64,000 bases of DNA from contig JASGHJ010000001.1 in assembly GCA_047602405.1 (NCBI GenBank), forward strand, positions 1,536,001-1,600,000, written 5' to 3'. Position numbers and translations under genes: made by a program. Each line of letters opens with the position of its first letter. Position 1 is the first letter of the stretch. Positions 21,666 through 32,120 of the stretch are shown here, piece after piece. Source of the DNA: Anaeromyxobacteraceae bacterium. GTDB taxonomy: Bacteria > Myxococcota > Myxococcia > Myxococcales > Anaeromyxobacteraceae. Below the pieces are notes generated by a model. The model saw nothing but the letters and a program-made list of their open reading frames with translations. It was not told the DNA's origin and made no database searches.

Positions 21666-22430
21666 TTACTTCGAGTCCGCGCGCCCCTCCTTCATGAAGA
21701 AGTCCACGAGCTCGGTCGCGGAGTCGGTGATGTCCACCTGCATGTCCTCGACCCGGTTCGTGAGGTAGTTGAACATCATCACGGCGGGGATCGCGACGAG
21801 GAGGCCGAACGCGGTGTTCACGAGCGCCTCGGCGATCGCGCCGGACACCGTGCCGAGACCGCCGGAGCCGGTGGCGGCCATGTTCTGGAAGGCCTTGATG
21901 ATGCCCCACACCGTGCCGAGGAGGCCGACGAACGGGGCGGTGGAGCCGATGGTCGCGAGCGAGCCGAGGCCGCGGCGCAGGTCGTTGACCGTGCGGAGCG
22001 AGGAGCGGTCCACCGCGCGGTTCACGGCGGCGACGACGTCGAAGTCGCCGACGTCGTGCGGGCCCTGCGTGCGGAGCGCCTCGACCCCGCGGCGGTACTC
22101 GTCGATCGCGAGGCCGAGCACCTTCGGCAGGTGGCCGCGGTTGAGCTTCTTCGAGAGCTCGACGGCGTCCTGGAACTTCCCGGCCGGGAGGAGCTCGCGG
22201 AGCGCCTCGGCGAACTGGCGGGACGCCTTGCCGGCGCGCGCGTAGGTCACGAGGCGCTCGGCCATGACGCCGAGCGAGTAGACCGACATGAGGCCGAGGA
22301 TGACGAAGACGACGATGCCGAAGCCCTCGATCGACTTCACCATGTTGACTACGTCGAACGAGCCGGCCTGCGCATTGCCTTCAGCCGCGACGACCAGCTG
22401 GTTCACGGCATCGACGAAGGGAAACGACAT
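21666..22430 (-). CDS. exbB: MotA/TolQ/ExbB proton channel
   Basis: APFVGLLGTVWGI, IAEALVNTAFGLLVAIPA. Confidence 0.93.
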   Translation of the reverse strand: MSFPFVDAVNQLVVAAEGNAQAGSFDVVNMVKSIEGFGIVVFVILGLMSVYSLGVMAERLVTYARAGKASRQFAEALRELLPAGKFQDAVELSKKLNRGHLPKVLGLAIDEYRRGVEALRTQGPHDVGDFDVVAAVNRAVDRSSLRTVNDLRRGLGSLATIGSTAPFVGLLGTVWGIIKAFQNMAATGSGGLGTVSGAIAEALVNTAFGLLVAIPAVMMFNYLTNRVEDMQVDITDSATELVDFFMKEGRADSK

Positions 22431-22524
22431 CGGACTCTCCTGGGTTGGTTCGAATCTTGGTCGAACGAGGCTGCGTTCGGGTTCGTTGTCGTGCTGCCGG
22501 AAGCTGAAAGGAGCCGGGTGACGC

Positions 22525-23259
22525 TCAGCCTGAGGTGAAGCGCAGCGGCAGGATCACCCAGATGTTGGTGGGCCGGCCCTGGGGATCGGCGCCGGCGATC
22601 CACTTGCACTCCTGGATCGCCTGCCAGATCGCCGCCTGCACGCGATCGGGCACGCCGTTCGTGATGACGCTGTACTGGGCCGGCGACCCGTCGCGCATGA
22701 TGGCGAACTTCACGGTGATCGGGCCGGACACGAAGCCCGCGAGGTCGCGCGGGATGCGGGTCGTCTCCTGCACGCACTTCGGCTGCGCCATGGCGGGCTT
22801 GCGGTAGCCCGCGGTCGCGAAGGCCGGGGCGTCCTCGATGCCGCCGCCGCCGCCCGCGACGCCGCCGACCACGCCCTCGTCCCCGCCGGAGTCGGAGCCC
22901 CAGTCGTACTCGGGCTCCTTGTCGTTCGGGTCCGGCGCCTTCATCTCCGCCTTGATGTCCTGCGGCTGGATCAGGGCCGTGGGAGGCGGAGGCTTCGGCA
23001 GGTCGGTCCGCGGCTTGTCGGACGGCGGGCGCTTCGGCTTCGGCGCCGCCGGCGGAGGGGGAGGCTTCGGAGGGGCGGCCGCGGTCTTGACGAACTTCAC
23101 GTCGACCTTCGGCTCGTCGATGATCTTGGCCTTCACGTAGGCGGAGGCCGCCACCATGCCCGCGATGAGGGCGCCCTGGAAGAGGGTCGAGCCGAGGAAG
23201 AACCCGGCCCGCCTCGCGGCGCGCTTACCGCCTTCTTGCTTCGTGACTTCGTCGAACAC
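22525..23259 (-). CDS. tonB: TonB-like energy transducer
   Basis: N-terminal TM, Pro-rich linker, GVVGGV, TonB_C-like end. First gene of the tonB-exbB-exbD-exbD operon. Confidence 0.85.
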   Translation of the reverse strand: MFDEVTKQEGGKRAARRAGFFLGSTLFQGALIAGMVAASAYVKAKIIDEPKVDVKFVKTAAAPPKPPPPPAAPKPKRPPSDKPRTDLPKPPPPTALIQPQDIKAEMKAPDPNDKEPEYDWGSDSGGDEGVVGGVAGGGGGIEDAPAFATAGYRKPAMAQPKCVQETTRIPRDLAGFVSGPITVKFAIMRDGSPAQYSVITNGVPDRVQAAIWQAIQECKWIAGADPQGRPTNIWVILPLRFTSG

Positions 23260-23322
23260 GGTCTCTCGGACGCCTCGCGCTCGGGGGACGACGGAAAGAA
23301 GGCCCGGAAATTCGGAACGTGC

Positions 23323-23352
23323 TCTCTAGTCCCGCACCGGAGACCTTGTCAA
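23323..23352 (-). promoter_or_regulatory. Sigma70-like promoter of the tonB operon
   Basis: TTGACA-N18-TAGAGA. Confidence 0.5.
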
Positions 23353-23687
23353 CAGCGCACTGCGACCCGGACGCCCGGTGCCGCGAGCCCCGTCTTTACA
23401 CGCAGTTCCACCGTCGCCGCCCGCAGGAAAATTGGAGCCTCCGCGCCGGCCGCGCAGATCCTTCCGCGATCTCCCGCACGCCCTGCGCCCGGGGCTCCCC
23501 GGAGGCCTGCAAAGGCTTCGTGATCGGATCAGGTCCGATCATGATCAAGAGCCGCGATCCCGCCCCCGCGTCGTCTTAATCCTAACGTGGCGGAACGCCG
23601 CGCCTTTCCCGAAAACATCCGTCGTTTTCAACGGTTGGTCCCCTGAAGGGGCATGTAGGCGTTGTACCTCGAACAAGCGGGTTCGCC

Positions 23688-23717
23688 TTGACATTCCTCA
23701 CAGCGGCTGCCTAGAAC
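23688..23717 (+). promoter_or_regulatory. Sigma70-like promoter of the TonB-dependent receptor
   Basis: TTGACA-N18-TAGAAC. Confidence 0.55.
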
Positions 23718-23818
23718 GACCGTTCATTGGACCGGTCGGGTAACCGCCATGCGTGCGTACAAGCGCCTGGTTTTTGCCCGTACGGCTGCGGCTGAGTGCA
23801 CTCTCCCTGGAGGAAGTC

Positions 23819-26800
23819 ATGATGAAGAAGTTGCTGCGCCTCCTGCGGGTCGCCCCCATCGCGCTTGTCTTCGCTGGGGTCGCTTCCGCACAAACCACCG
23901 GCACCATCATCGGCGTGGTGACCGATGCCTCGACGGGCAAGCCCGTCGCCGGCGCGGTCGTCATCGCCACCAGCCCCAACCTGCAAGGTGAGCAGACGGC
24001 CGTCACCGACGGGAACGGCAATTACCGTCTGACCCTGCTGCCCGCCGGCGAGTACAAGCTCGCGGTCCAGCTCGAGGGGTACAAGCCCTCGGATCGGTCC
24101 GACATCCGGCTCTCCATCGACAAGACCCTCCGCGCGAACCTGGCGGTGGTCCCCGAGGCCGTCCAGATCGACGAGCAGGTCGTGAAGACCGGCACCGCGC
24201 CGGTCATCAACGTCGGCTCCGCCGAGTCCGGCTCGGTCATCTCGAGCGAGTTCGTCGCCTCCGTGCCGGTCGGTCGTACGTTCGACCAGATCGCGCGCGT
24301 GGCTCCGACGGCGTCCGCCGACGCCTACGGCACCGGCTTCGCCGGCGCCCAGTCGCCCGAGAACAGCTACATCCTCGACGGCCTCTCGGTCGGCAACCCG
24401 GTCAACGGCACGAACAACACCAACATCCTGTCGAACTTCGTGCAGGAGATCGACGTCAAGACCGGTAACTTCTCGGCCGAGTACGGCCGCGCCACCGGCG
24501 GCGTCATGAACGTCGTCACGAAGTCGGGCTCGAACGAGTTCCACGGCTCCGTGTTCGGCAACTTCACGCCCTCGTTCCTCATCCAGCCGGACGGCAAGGT
24601 CGCCGGCCGCGACGGCGAGGCGGTCGCTTCGCAGTCGAAGCCCTCGAAGGGCAACTACGACCTCGACCTCGGCTTCGAGGTCGGCGGCCCGATCATGAAG
24701 GACCGCCTCTGGTTCTTCGCCGGCTTCGCGCCGGTCATCACCGAGCGCTACACGGAGCGCTTCCTCCGCCGCAACCGTCAGTTCCTCTCGTCGACGATCA
24801 ACGGCACGGTCCGGCCCGGTGACGACCCGAGTACGCCGAACCTGACCGAGACCAACGCGGTCGCCCGCGACGCCAACGGCGCCGCACTCTGGGACAAGAT
24901 CGACGGCACGGACAAGATGTACAACACCGGCACCACGAGCTACCAGGCCGCCGGCAAGCTGACCTTCCTCCTCGACGAGAACAACCAGCTCTCCGCGTCG
25001 CTCTACGCGACCCCCGGCTCCGGCTCGGGCGTCCTGCGTACGAACGGCGAGCAGGCGGGTGACGGCCTCTTCAACCAGGACTTCGGCGCGACGAACGTCC
25101 TCGGCCGCTACGCCGGCAAGTTCCTCGACAAGAAGCTCATCGTCGAGGCGACCGCCGGCTACCACCGCTCCACGCTCGACGACCGGCCGACCTCGTTCCA
25201 GCGGAACACGCCCGCGTTCCAGTGGCAGCGCCAGATGGACCTGAAGCTCTTCAACACTGCCAACCCGACGGACGGCTCGGTGTACGAGTCGCTCTCCGCC
25301 GAGGCGCTCGCTGCCTGCACGGGCTCCACGGCCCGCCAGGGCACGACGGTCAACTCCTCCGAGAACGAGAACCTCTGCCGCGTGGCGACGTACACCACCG
25401 GTGGTTACGGCTTCGGCAACAACTACACGGCCGACCGCGTTCAGGGGAAGCTGTCCGCGTCCTACCTCCTCGAGCTCGCCGGCTCGCACAACTGGAAGGC
25501 CGGCGTCGACCTCGAGCGGAACGGGTACGAGCAGGCAAAGTTCTACTCGGGTAACGCGTTCTTCCGCGCTGACTCGAACCTCGCCCTCGGTGCGAACGTG
25601 TACAACACCCGCGGGTACGGTGCGGTCATCAACCCGGGCGGCCTGCCGGACGCGCAGGGCAACACGGTCGAGTGGATCCCCACGGAGACCTCGACGTCCG
25701 TCACCAACTCGTTCGCTTACTACCTCCAGGACTCCTGGTCAATCCCGAACTCCGGTTTGACGGTGAACGCGGGCATCCGCCTCGAGACGCAGTCGATGGA
25801 GGCGACGAACAAGGGCGGCATCAAGGGCCTCAACATCAACAACATGTGGTCGCCCCGCGTGCAGGCCGTGTGGGACTTCACGGGCACCGGCCGGTCGAAG
25901 GTCGGCGCCTCCTGGGGCCGCTTCTACTACGCGGTCCCGCTCGACATGGGCGATCGCGCGTTCGGCAACGAGCAGCAGGCGCAGGGCGCCTGGGACTGCG
26001 GCGATGGCAGCGGCGCCGCCGCGGCCCTCCCGGGTTCCATGCCGCGCGACCCGGCCGCCAGCGGCAACGGATACTGCGCCCTCCAGCAGAACTGGTGGAC
26101 GGACGTGTACGCCGGCGTCCCCAACTCCGACGGCAGCTCCGCGACCTACGGCAACATCGGCGGCATCACGCCGGTGGATCCGAAGCTCAAGGGTATCTAC
26201 GTCGACCAGTTCGGCGCGCAGTTCGAGTACGAGGTGCTCTCCGACCTGTCCGTCGGCTTCGATTACCAGGGCCGCCGCCAGGGCACGATGATCGAGGACA
26301 TGTCGGCCGACGACGGCAACAGCTACTTCATCACGAACCCGGGCCAGAACAAGCCGTTCGAGGCCACGTACTACCCGGGCTTCGCGTCGTCGTTCAAGGT
26401 CACCCAGAACTCGAAGCAGGTCGAGGCGCTGGATAACTTCACGCGCCGTCACGTGACCGTGGCGATGCCGAAGCCGGTCCGCGACTACGATGGTTACACC
26501 CTCAAGGTGACGAAGAACTTCAGCCAGAACTGGCTGGCTCAGGCGAGCTACACCTACTCGAGCCTGACCGGCAACGTGGCTGGCGTCTTCGACCCCGTCA
26601 CGGGCCAGCTGGATCCGGGCATCAACGCCGAGTACGACCTCGCCACCCTGATGGCGAACAAGACCGGTCGCCTGCCGGGTGACCGTCCGCACGTCTTCAA
26701 GCTTCTTCGGCGCGTACAACTTCAAGCTCTCGCCGAAGATGAGTTTGACGACGTCGGCCGCCTTCAACGCCCAGTCCGGTATCCCGGTGGGCGCCAACGG

Positions 26801-27224
26801 CTCGCACCCGCTCTACGGCAACGGCTACGCCTACCTCGTCCAGCGCGGTGGCGCGGGCCGCACGCCCTTCACCACCAACCTCGATGTCGGTGGCCGCTTC
26901 GAGTACACGATCACGCCGCCGTACGCCGTCAAGGTGTCCGTCGACGTGTTCAACGTGCTCAACAGCCAGGAGATCACCGCGATCGACAACAACTACACGT
27001 TCGACGCGGTTCAGCCGATCGCGAACGTGAAGTGCGACGTCGCCGCGGCGGGCTCCTCGAACCCGATCGGCAAGCTGCAGTCGTCCTGCCCGCAGCTCGC
27101 CTACCTGAAGACGGTGGACGGGCGCCCCGTGACCGTCAACCCGAACTACGGCCGCGCGGTGGCGGCGACGTCGTCGTTCCAGGCGCCGCTGTCGCTCCGC
27201 ATCGGCCTCGCGCTGACGTTCTAG
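23819..27224 (+). CDS. Oar-like TonB-dependent outer-membrane transporter; apparent +1 frameshift at 26703-26704
   Basis: Signal peptide, carboxypeptidase-like domain, AEYGRATGGVMNVVTKSGSNEFHG plug motif, C-terminal ...RIGLALTF. Removing one T from AAGCTTC restores HVFKLFGAY. Confidence 0.9.
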
Positions 27225-27246
27225 ACCGAGCGAGAGGGAGATCATC

Positions 27247-27912
27247 ATGAAGAAGACGCTCATCACGTTGGCAGTGCTCGGCCTGGCCGCCGTCGGGTGC
27301 GATCCCTACAAGGATCCGCCGAGCGGCACCCCGGCCGTCATCTCGGCGGTCATCACCGGCCGCAACGCCGGTCTCGAGGACCTCGTGTTCGGGTGGGACC
27401 CGAACTACGTCGGGCCGTACAACGGGACGCTCTCCGGGGATACCTGGACGAACTTCCTGAACGGCGACGAGACCACCCCCGCCGCTGACCGCCACGGCCC
27501 GACTCGGTCCCCGTCGGCGGCGACCTACGGCCGCATCCTGGTGTTCACGACGAACCGGCTGCTCGACGGCGCTTCCGTCGAGCAGACGCCGAACTCGTGC
27601 CTCCCGGTGACGTCGGCGAACTGGACGTTCACGGGCACCGGCCCGACGGCGCTCGCGACCGCCTTCCCCACGGGCTCCTGGTACACGTGCTACTACCCGT
27701 CGTCGCCGACCGACACGATCGGCGCCTCGGTGTACGTGTACTACGCGGGCACCCCCGCGGCGGCCCCCGGGCCGTCCACGGCGGCGATCCCCATCCGCGC
27801 CGGCCGCATGGTCGTTGGAGACTACGTGATCTCCGGCACGGTCAAGACCGACAGCGGCCAGGACCTGGCCCTGAAGGCGCAGTTCACGGTGATCGAGCCT
27901 GTGATCCCGTAA
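27247..27912 (+). CDS. Lipoprotein downstream of the Oar-like receptor
   Basis: MKKTLITLAVLGLAAVGC lipobox. GAGGGAG RBS. Confidence 0.85.
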   Translation: MKKTLITLAVLGLAAVGCDPYKDPPSGTPAVISAVITGRNAGLEDLVFGWDPNYVGPYNGTLSGDTWTNFLNGDETTPAADRHGPTRSPSAATYGRILVFTTNRLLDGASVEQTPNSCLPVTSANWTFTGTGPTALATAFPTGSWYTCYYPSSPTDTIGASVYVYYAGTPAAAPGPSTAAIPIRAGRMVVGDYVISGTVKTDSGQDLALKAQFTVIEPVIP

Positions 27913-27938
27913 GGGCAGCGCGTCCAAGCTGAATCGAG

Positions 27939-27971
27939 AGGGCCGGCGCGCGAGCGCCGGCCCTTTCCTTA
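27939..27971 (+). terminator. Intrinsic terminator
   Basis: AGGGCCGGCGC-GCGA-GCGCCGGCCCT followed by TTCCTTATT. Confidence 0.8.
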
Positions 27972-28894
27972 TTGAGCGGTCCGAAGCAGGTCGCCAGCCA
28001 CGCCCGCTGCTGGAGCGTCGGCGAGGACGTCCGCCACGAGAGCCACGACGAGGGCGTCCTCGCCCAGAAGCCACGTGCCGCAGCCGGTCGGCTCCCCGCA
28101 GGGCTCGACGGCCTCGGCCAGATCGGATTGCGCTGCTTCAAGAGCCCGCTACCTCGCACTCCACGATCTCGCCTTCATCGACTTGGAAGGTGTGCCGCCA
28201 GCACGCGGCCACCTGACCGACCCCGCCTTCACCTGGAGGCTGCCGTTCACCCGGCCGCCGACAGGCGGACCCCGATCACGCCGCCGCGCGGTGCGAAAGC
28301 AAATGGCGACTGCCTCCGCACCACCGGCCGGGCCTCCGGGTCTCGGTGTTCTCGAAAAGGCGCAAAGCGCCGGGGTCAGCTCTTCTTGCGGCCCCCCTCC
28401 AGTGCCGAGCGGCACGCCGAGTCGGGCGCCGCCCTGAGAGCGGAGTGACCCGCGGCGGACCCTCCGCGATGGAGGGGTCGCTGAGGTTCCAATGGTGTCA
28501 CGGGGGGGGGGGGCACTCTTGCTCCTGCCCCCACGCCTGGGCCACCCGCCCTCGCCTCCACCACGGCCCCGCCCCACAGCCGCCGCGCGGGGTCTCTCCG
28601 CCCACAGGGCCCTCCGGCAGGCCCGCCCAAGATCGCAGCCGCGATCTGCACCAAGCGTGACAGCCGAGGCGGCCCTCACGCCCGCCTTCGTCACCGCCCT
28701 GCGCCCGTCACGACGTCCCCTGCCTCGGCTGGCGCGCGTGGTGGTGCCGCGGCGTTCCCCTCCGCAGCGACGTCTCCACCATCCCCGACGCGGCGGGACT
28801 TTGCCCTGAGGGCCCGAGGACGGAGAGACCCCGCGCGGCGGCCATCCGAGACGTCACCAGGGCGGCCGAGGGAACCGCTGGCAGCAGGGGAAGA

Positions 28895-28929
28895 CGAAGC
28901 CCCGGTCCGCTCGCGCGGCCGGGGCTTCG
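28895..28929 (-). terminator. Terminator hairpin after tsf
   Basis: CGAAGCCCCGG...CCGGGGCTTCG stem. Confidence 0.65.
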
Positions 28930-28952
28930 GGAAACGGTGCTGGAAGGAGGAC

Positions 28953-29612
28953 CTAGGCCTTCACGCCCGTCATCTTCTGGACCTCTTCCGCGAGGTTGTC
29001 CTGCTTCTTCTCGAGCCCCTCGCCGAGGACGTACCGGGAGAACCGGCGGACCTGGATGTTCTCGCCGATCTTCGCGACGGCGTCGGTGAGGACCTCGGAG
29101 ATCTTCTTCTTGTCGTCCTTCACGAAGGCCTGGTCGAGCAGGCAGAACTGCTCGTAGTACTTCTCGACCTTGCCCGTCGCGATCTTCTCCATGATCGCCT
29201 CGGGCTTCTTCTGGTCCTTCATCTGGGCCTTCGCGATCTCGAGCTCCTTCGCGATGATCTCGGCCGGGACCTCCTCGCGGCGGACGTACAGCGGGGCCGC
29301 GGCGGCGATGTGCATCGCGAGGTCCTTCACGAGGCCCTGGAAGCCCTCGGTGCGGGCCACGAAGTCGGTCTCGCAGTTCACCTCGACGAGCACGCCGATC
29401 TTGCCGCCCATGTGGATGTACGAGGCGACGGCGCCCTCGGTCGCGGCGCGGGCCGACTTCTTGGCGGCGGCGGCGAGGCCCTTCTTGCGGAGCACCTCCT
29501 CCGCCTTCGCGAAGTCGCCACCGGCCTCGGTGAGCGCCTTCTTGCAGTCCATCATGCCCGCCCCGGTCTTCTCCCGGAGCTCCTGAACGACCTTCGCGGT
29601 GATCTCGGCCAC
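28953..29612 (-). CDS. tsf: Elongation factor Ts (short form)
   Basis: [29 protein letters not shown] start. Confidence 0.97.
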   Translation of the reverse strand: MAEITAKVVQELREKTGAGMMDCKKALTEAGGDFAKAEEVLRKKGLAAAAKKSARAATEGAVASYIHMGGKIGVLVEVNCETDFVARTEGFQGLVKDLAMHIAAAAPLYVRREEVPAEIIAKELEIAKAQMKDQKKPEAIMEKIATGKVEKYYEQFCLLDQAFVKDDKKKISEVLTDAVAKIGENIQVRRFSRYVLGEGLEKKQDNLAEEVQKMTGVKA

Positions 29613-29696
29613 GGTGCTTCTCCCTGTTCCCGCCGTCGGGCGGTCAAAGCTGCGTTCGGTAAAGGAACGGGGCGGGCCAGCTGGCCCGCCCCGCAA

Positions 29697-29716
29697 GTCC
29701 TGAGCCTGTCGAAGGG
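29697..29716 (+). repeat. Short REP-like variant
   Basis: GTCCTGAGCCTGTCGAAGGG: the two conserved REP ends without the internal hairpin. Confidence 0.55.
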
Positions 29717-29738
29717 CTCGGCCCAGTGAGGGGCGGAG

Positions 29739-30776
29739 TTACTCCGGCGCGGTCTCGCCGGCGGCGGCGGCCGGGGCGGCAGCGACCTCGCCCTTGCGCA
29801 CCACCTCGACGTTCGCGCTCGCGGCGGCGCGGTCCTCGCGCGGCTCGCGGCGCTCGCGGGGGCCACCGCCACGGCGGTCACGGCGGTCGCGGCGGTCCTT
29901 CTGGCCGCGCTCCGAGGCCGCGTCGCGGTCCGGCTCCTGCGCCCGCTTGTCCTCGGCCGGGTGCTCCGCGGCCCAGGCGCTGTAGCGCTGCTTGCCCTCG
30001 AGGCACGCCTCCGCGATCTTGCCGGTGAAGAGCCGGATCGAGCGGATGGCGTCGTCGTTCCCGGGGATCACGTAGTCGATGCCCTCGGGGTCGCAGTTCG
30101 TGTCGACGACCGCGACGACCGGGATGCCGAGGCGGTTCGCCTCGTGCACCGCGATGTGCTCCTTCTTCGTGTCGATCACGAAGATCGCGGAGGGGAGCCG
30201 GGAGAGCTCCTTGATGCCGCCGAGGTTCTTCTCGAGCTTCTCGCGCTCGCGCTCGAGCGACGCGATCTCCTTCTTCGGGATGCGGTCGTAGGTGCCGTCC
30301 TCCTTCATCTTCTCGATCGTCTTGAGCCGCTCGATGCCCTGCTTCACCGTCTTGAAGTTGGTGAGCGTGCCGCCGAGCCAGCGGTTCGTGACGTGGAACA
30401 TGCCGGAGCGGGTGGCCTCCTCGCGGATGGCGTCCTGCGCCTGCTTCTTCGTGCCCACGAAGAGGACCGAGCCGCCGTGCGCGCAGGCGTCCGAGACGAA
30501 CCGGAGCGCGTTGCGGGCGAGGCCGACCGTCTTCTGCAGGTCGATGATGTAGATGCCGTTGCGGGCGCCGAAGATGTACGGCTTCATCTTCGGGTTCCAG
30601 CGCTTGGTCTGGTGGCCGAAGTGGACGCCGGCCTCCAGGAGCTGCTTCATCGTGATGGCCGTGCCGCTCGAGGAGAGCGCGTTCGCCATCGCGTCGGCCG
30701 GGGCGGCCTCGGGCGCGGGAGCGGGGGCCGGCGGCGGGGCCGCGGGCGTGGTCGGATTCTGCTGCTGGGTCTCCAT
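29739..30776 (-). CDS. rpsB: 30S ribosomal protein S2
   Basis: [29 protein letters not shown]. Low-complexity N- and C-terminal extensions. Confidence 0.98.
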   Translation of the reverse strand: METQQQNPTTPAAPPPAPAPAPEAAPADAMANALSSSGTAITMKQLLEAGVHFGHQTKRWNPKMKPYIFGARNGIYIIDLQKTVGLARNALRFVSDACAHGGSVLFVGTKKQAQDAIREEATRSGMFHVTNRWLGGTLTNFKTVKQGIERLKTIEKMKEDGTYDRIPKKEIASLEREREKLEKNLGGIKELSRLPSAIFVIDTKKEHIAVHEANRLGIPVVAVVDTNCDPEGIDYVIPGNDDAIRSIRLFTGKIAEACLEGKQRYSAWAAEHPAEDKRAQEPDRDAASERGQKDRRDRRDRRGGGPRERREPREDRAAASANVEVVRKGEVAAAPAAAAGETAPE

Positions 30777-30950
30777 CTCGTTCTTCTCCGGTTAGGGTGT
30801 CCGCCACCTTCCGTGATGGGCTCGCCTTCGCTCCTGGTCGGCTCGCGCTGTTCTGCGAGGGGCGTCGGGAGCACCGGGGCGGGTCGAGGAAGGTGTGTGT
30901 ATTTGCTGCGGTTACGGCTGCTTGCCGGATCGAAGCCTGCCGATCCGGGG
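30777..30950 (-). promoter_or_regulatory. rpsB 5' leader (candidate autoregulatory RNA)
   Basis: Long leader with CACCTTCC...GGAAGGTG pairing, in the position where rpsB leaders occur. Confidence 0.4.
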
Positions 30951-31019
30951 GACGGTCAATTAACACGTCCTGTCAGGGGCCGCAAGCGGGGTCCCACCCA
31001 CGTCAAGGGCCCGGGACCT

Positions 31020-32120
31020 CTAGCCTTTTTGCCACCAACCGAGCTCCACGAGCCCCCCGCCGTACGCGCGCCACGCGACCGGCCGGTCCGGGCCGCCCGC
31101 GCAGCGGTGCCGGACGAGCCGCTCCCCGGCCCGGATCACGCGCCCGCCGCAGTCCGGGCACCGGAAGCGGCCCTCGAGCCCGGCGCGCTCGGCCTCGGTG
31201 AGCGGCCCCTCCGGTCCGGCGCCGCCGCCGGACGCCGGAGGCGGCCCGTGTCGGACGACGGCCGGCCCGAAGAGCCCCCGCGCCCGGTAGGCCTCGAGCT
31301 CGGCCAGCTCCGCCGCCTCGCCGCCCTCGGCGCGGTCCACGTCCGCGCGCGCGAGCGCCCGGCACGCGTCGCACGGCGGGAAGCCCGCCGAGCGCACCGG
31401 CAGCACCGTCGCCCCGCCGGTGCGGACCTCCTCCCAGTCCTCGCGGGCGTCGATCTCGACGACCGGCACGCCCGCGGCCGCGAGCGCGTCCTCCTTCAGG
31501 GGCCCGACCTCGTGCGTGACCCGCACCTCGAGCGCGAGCGCGGGCCTCCCGCCGCGGGTGACGAGCACGTCGGCCCTGTACTGCAGGCGTGCGCCCTCGG
31601 CGGGCGCGGGCGCGCCGATCGCGCCCTCCGGCACCGCCGCGTCGCCGAGCGCCGCGAGGTCCCGCGGCGCGAGCCGGCGGCAGCCGGGGCACCGCGTCGC
31701 GAGCGTCACCTCCAGCCGGCCGGCGAAGGCGTCCGCGCAGAGCGCGAGCAGCCGCTCCTTCGCGTCGAGGTGGAGGATCGTCTCCGGCGCGGTGAGCGGG
31801 CAGGAGGAGCCGGGCTGGTGCGCGAAGTGCCGGGCGCGGACGGTCCCGAGGTGCGGCACGAGCGGCTCGCCGCAGCCGAGGCAGGTGAAGGGGGCCCGCC
31901 GCCGGCGGTCGCGCGGGTCGAGCCGCTTCGCGTCCACCTTCTCGCCGGCCGCGTCGCGGGCCCAGGCGAGCAGCACGCGCCCATCCGACAGGCGGCGCCC
32001 ACTCGCCTCCTCGCGTGCCGCATGCGCTCTGGATCCCGTTCGTCCCGAGCCCTTCGACTCCGCCGGCTGGCGCCGGCTACGCTCAGGACGGGCGGAGACG
32101 AGGGACGCCTTGCGCTTCAC
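31020..32120 (-). CDS. CoiA-like protein (Zn ribbon + nuclease-like domain)
   Basis: FTCLGCGEPL...RHFAH, ETILHLDAKE, RADVLV...ALEVRVTH. GTG overlaps the upstream stop, but the true start may be further downstream. Confidence 0.75.
   Translation of the reverse strand: MKRKASLVSARPERSRRQPAESKGSGRTGSRAHAAREEASGRRLSDGRVLLAWARDAAGEKVDAKRLDPRDRRRRAPFTCLGCGEPLVPHLGTVRARHFAHQPGSSCPLTAPETILHLDAKERLLALCADAFAGRLEVTLATRCPGCRRLAPRDLAALGDAAVPEGAIGAPAPAEGARLQYRADVLVTRGGRPALALEVRVTHEVGPLKEDALAAAGVPVVEIDAREDWEEVRTGGATVLPVRSAGFPPCDACRALARADVDRAEGGEAAELAELEAYRARGLFGPAVVRHGPPPASGGGAGPEGPLTEAERAGLEGRFRCPDCGGRVIRAGERLVRHRCAGGPDRPVAWRAYGGGLVELGWWQKG
32035..32107. repeat. Nested REP-in-REP element
   Basis: Forward REP ends enclose a complete inverted REP. 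Confidence 0.8.

Noticed and set aside
30750..30760. A fourth CAGAATC error in rpsB
   Set aside because: The sequence is in frame (QQNP) with an ATG that has a good RBS.
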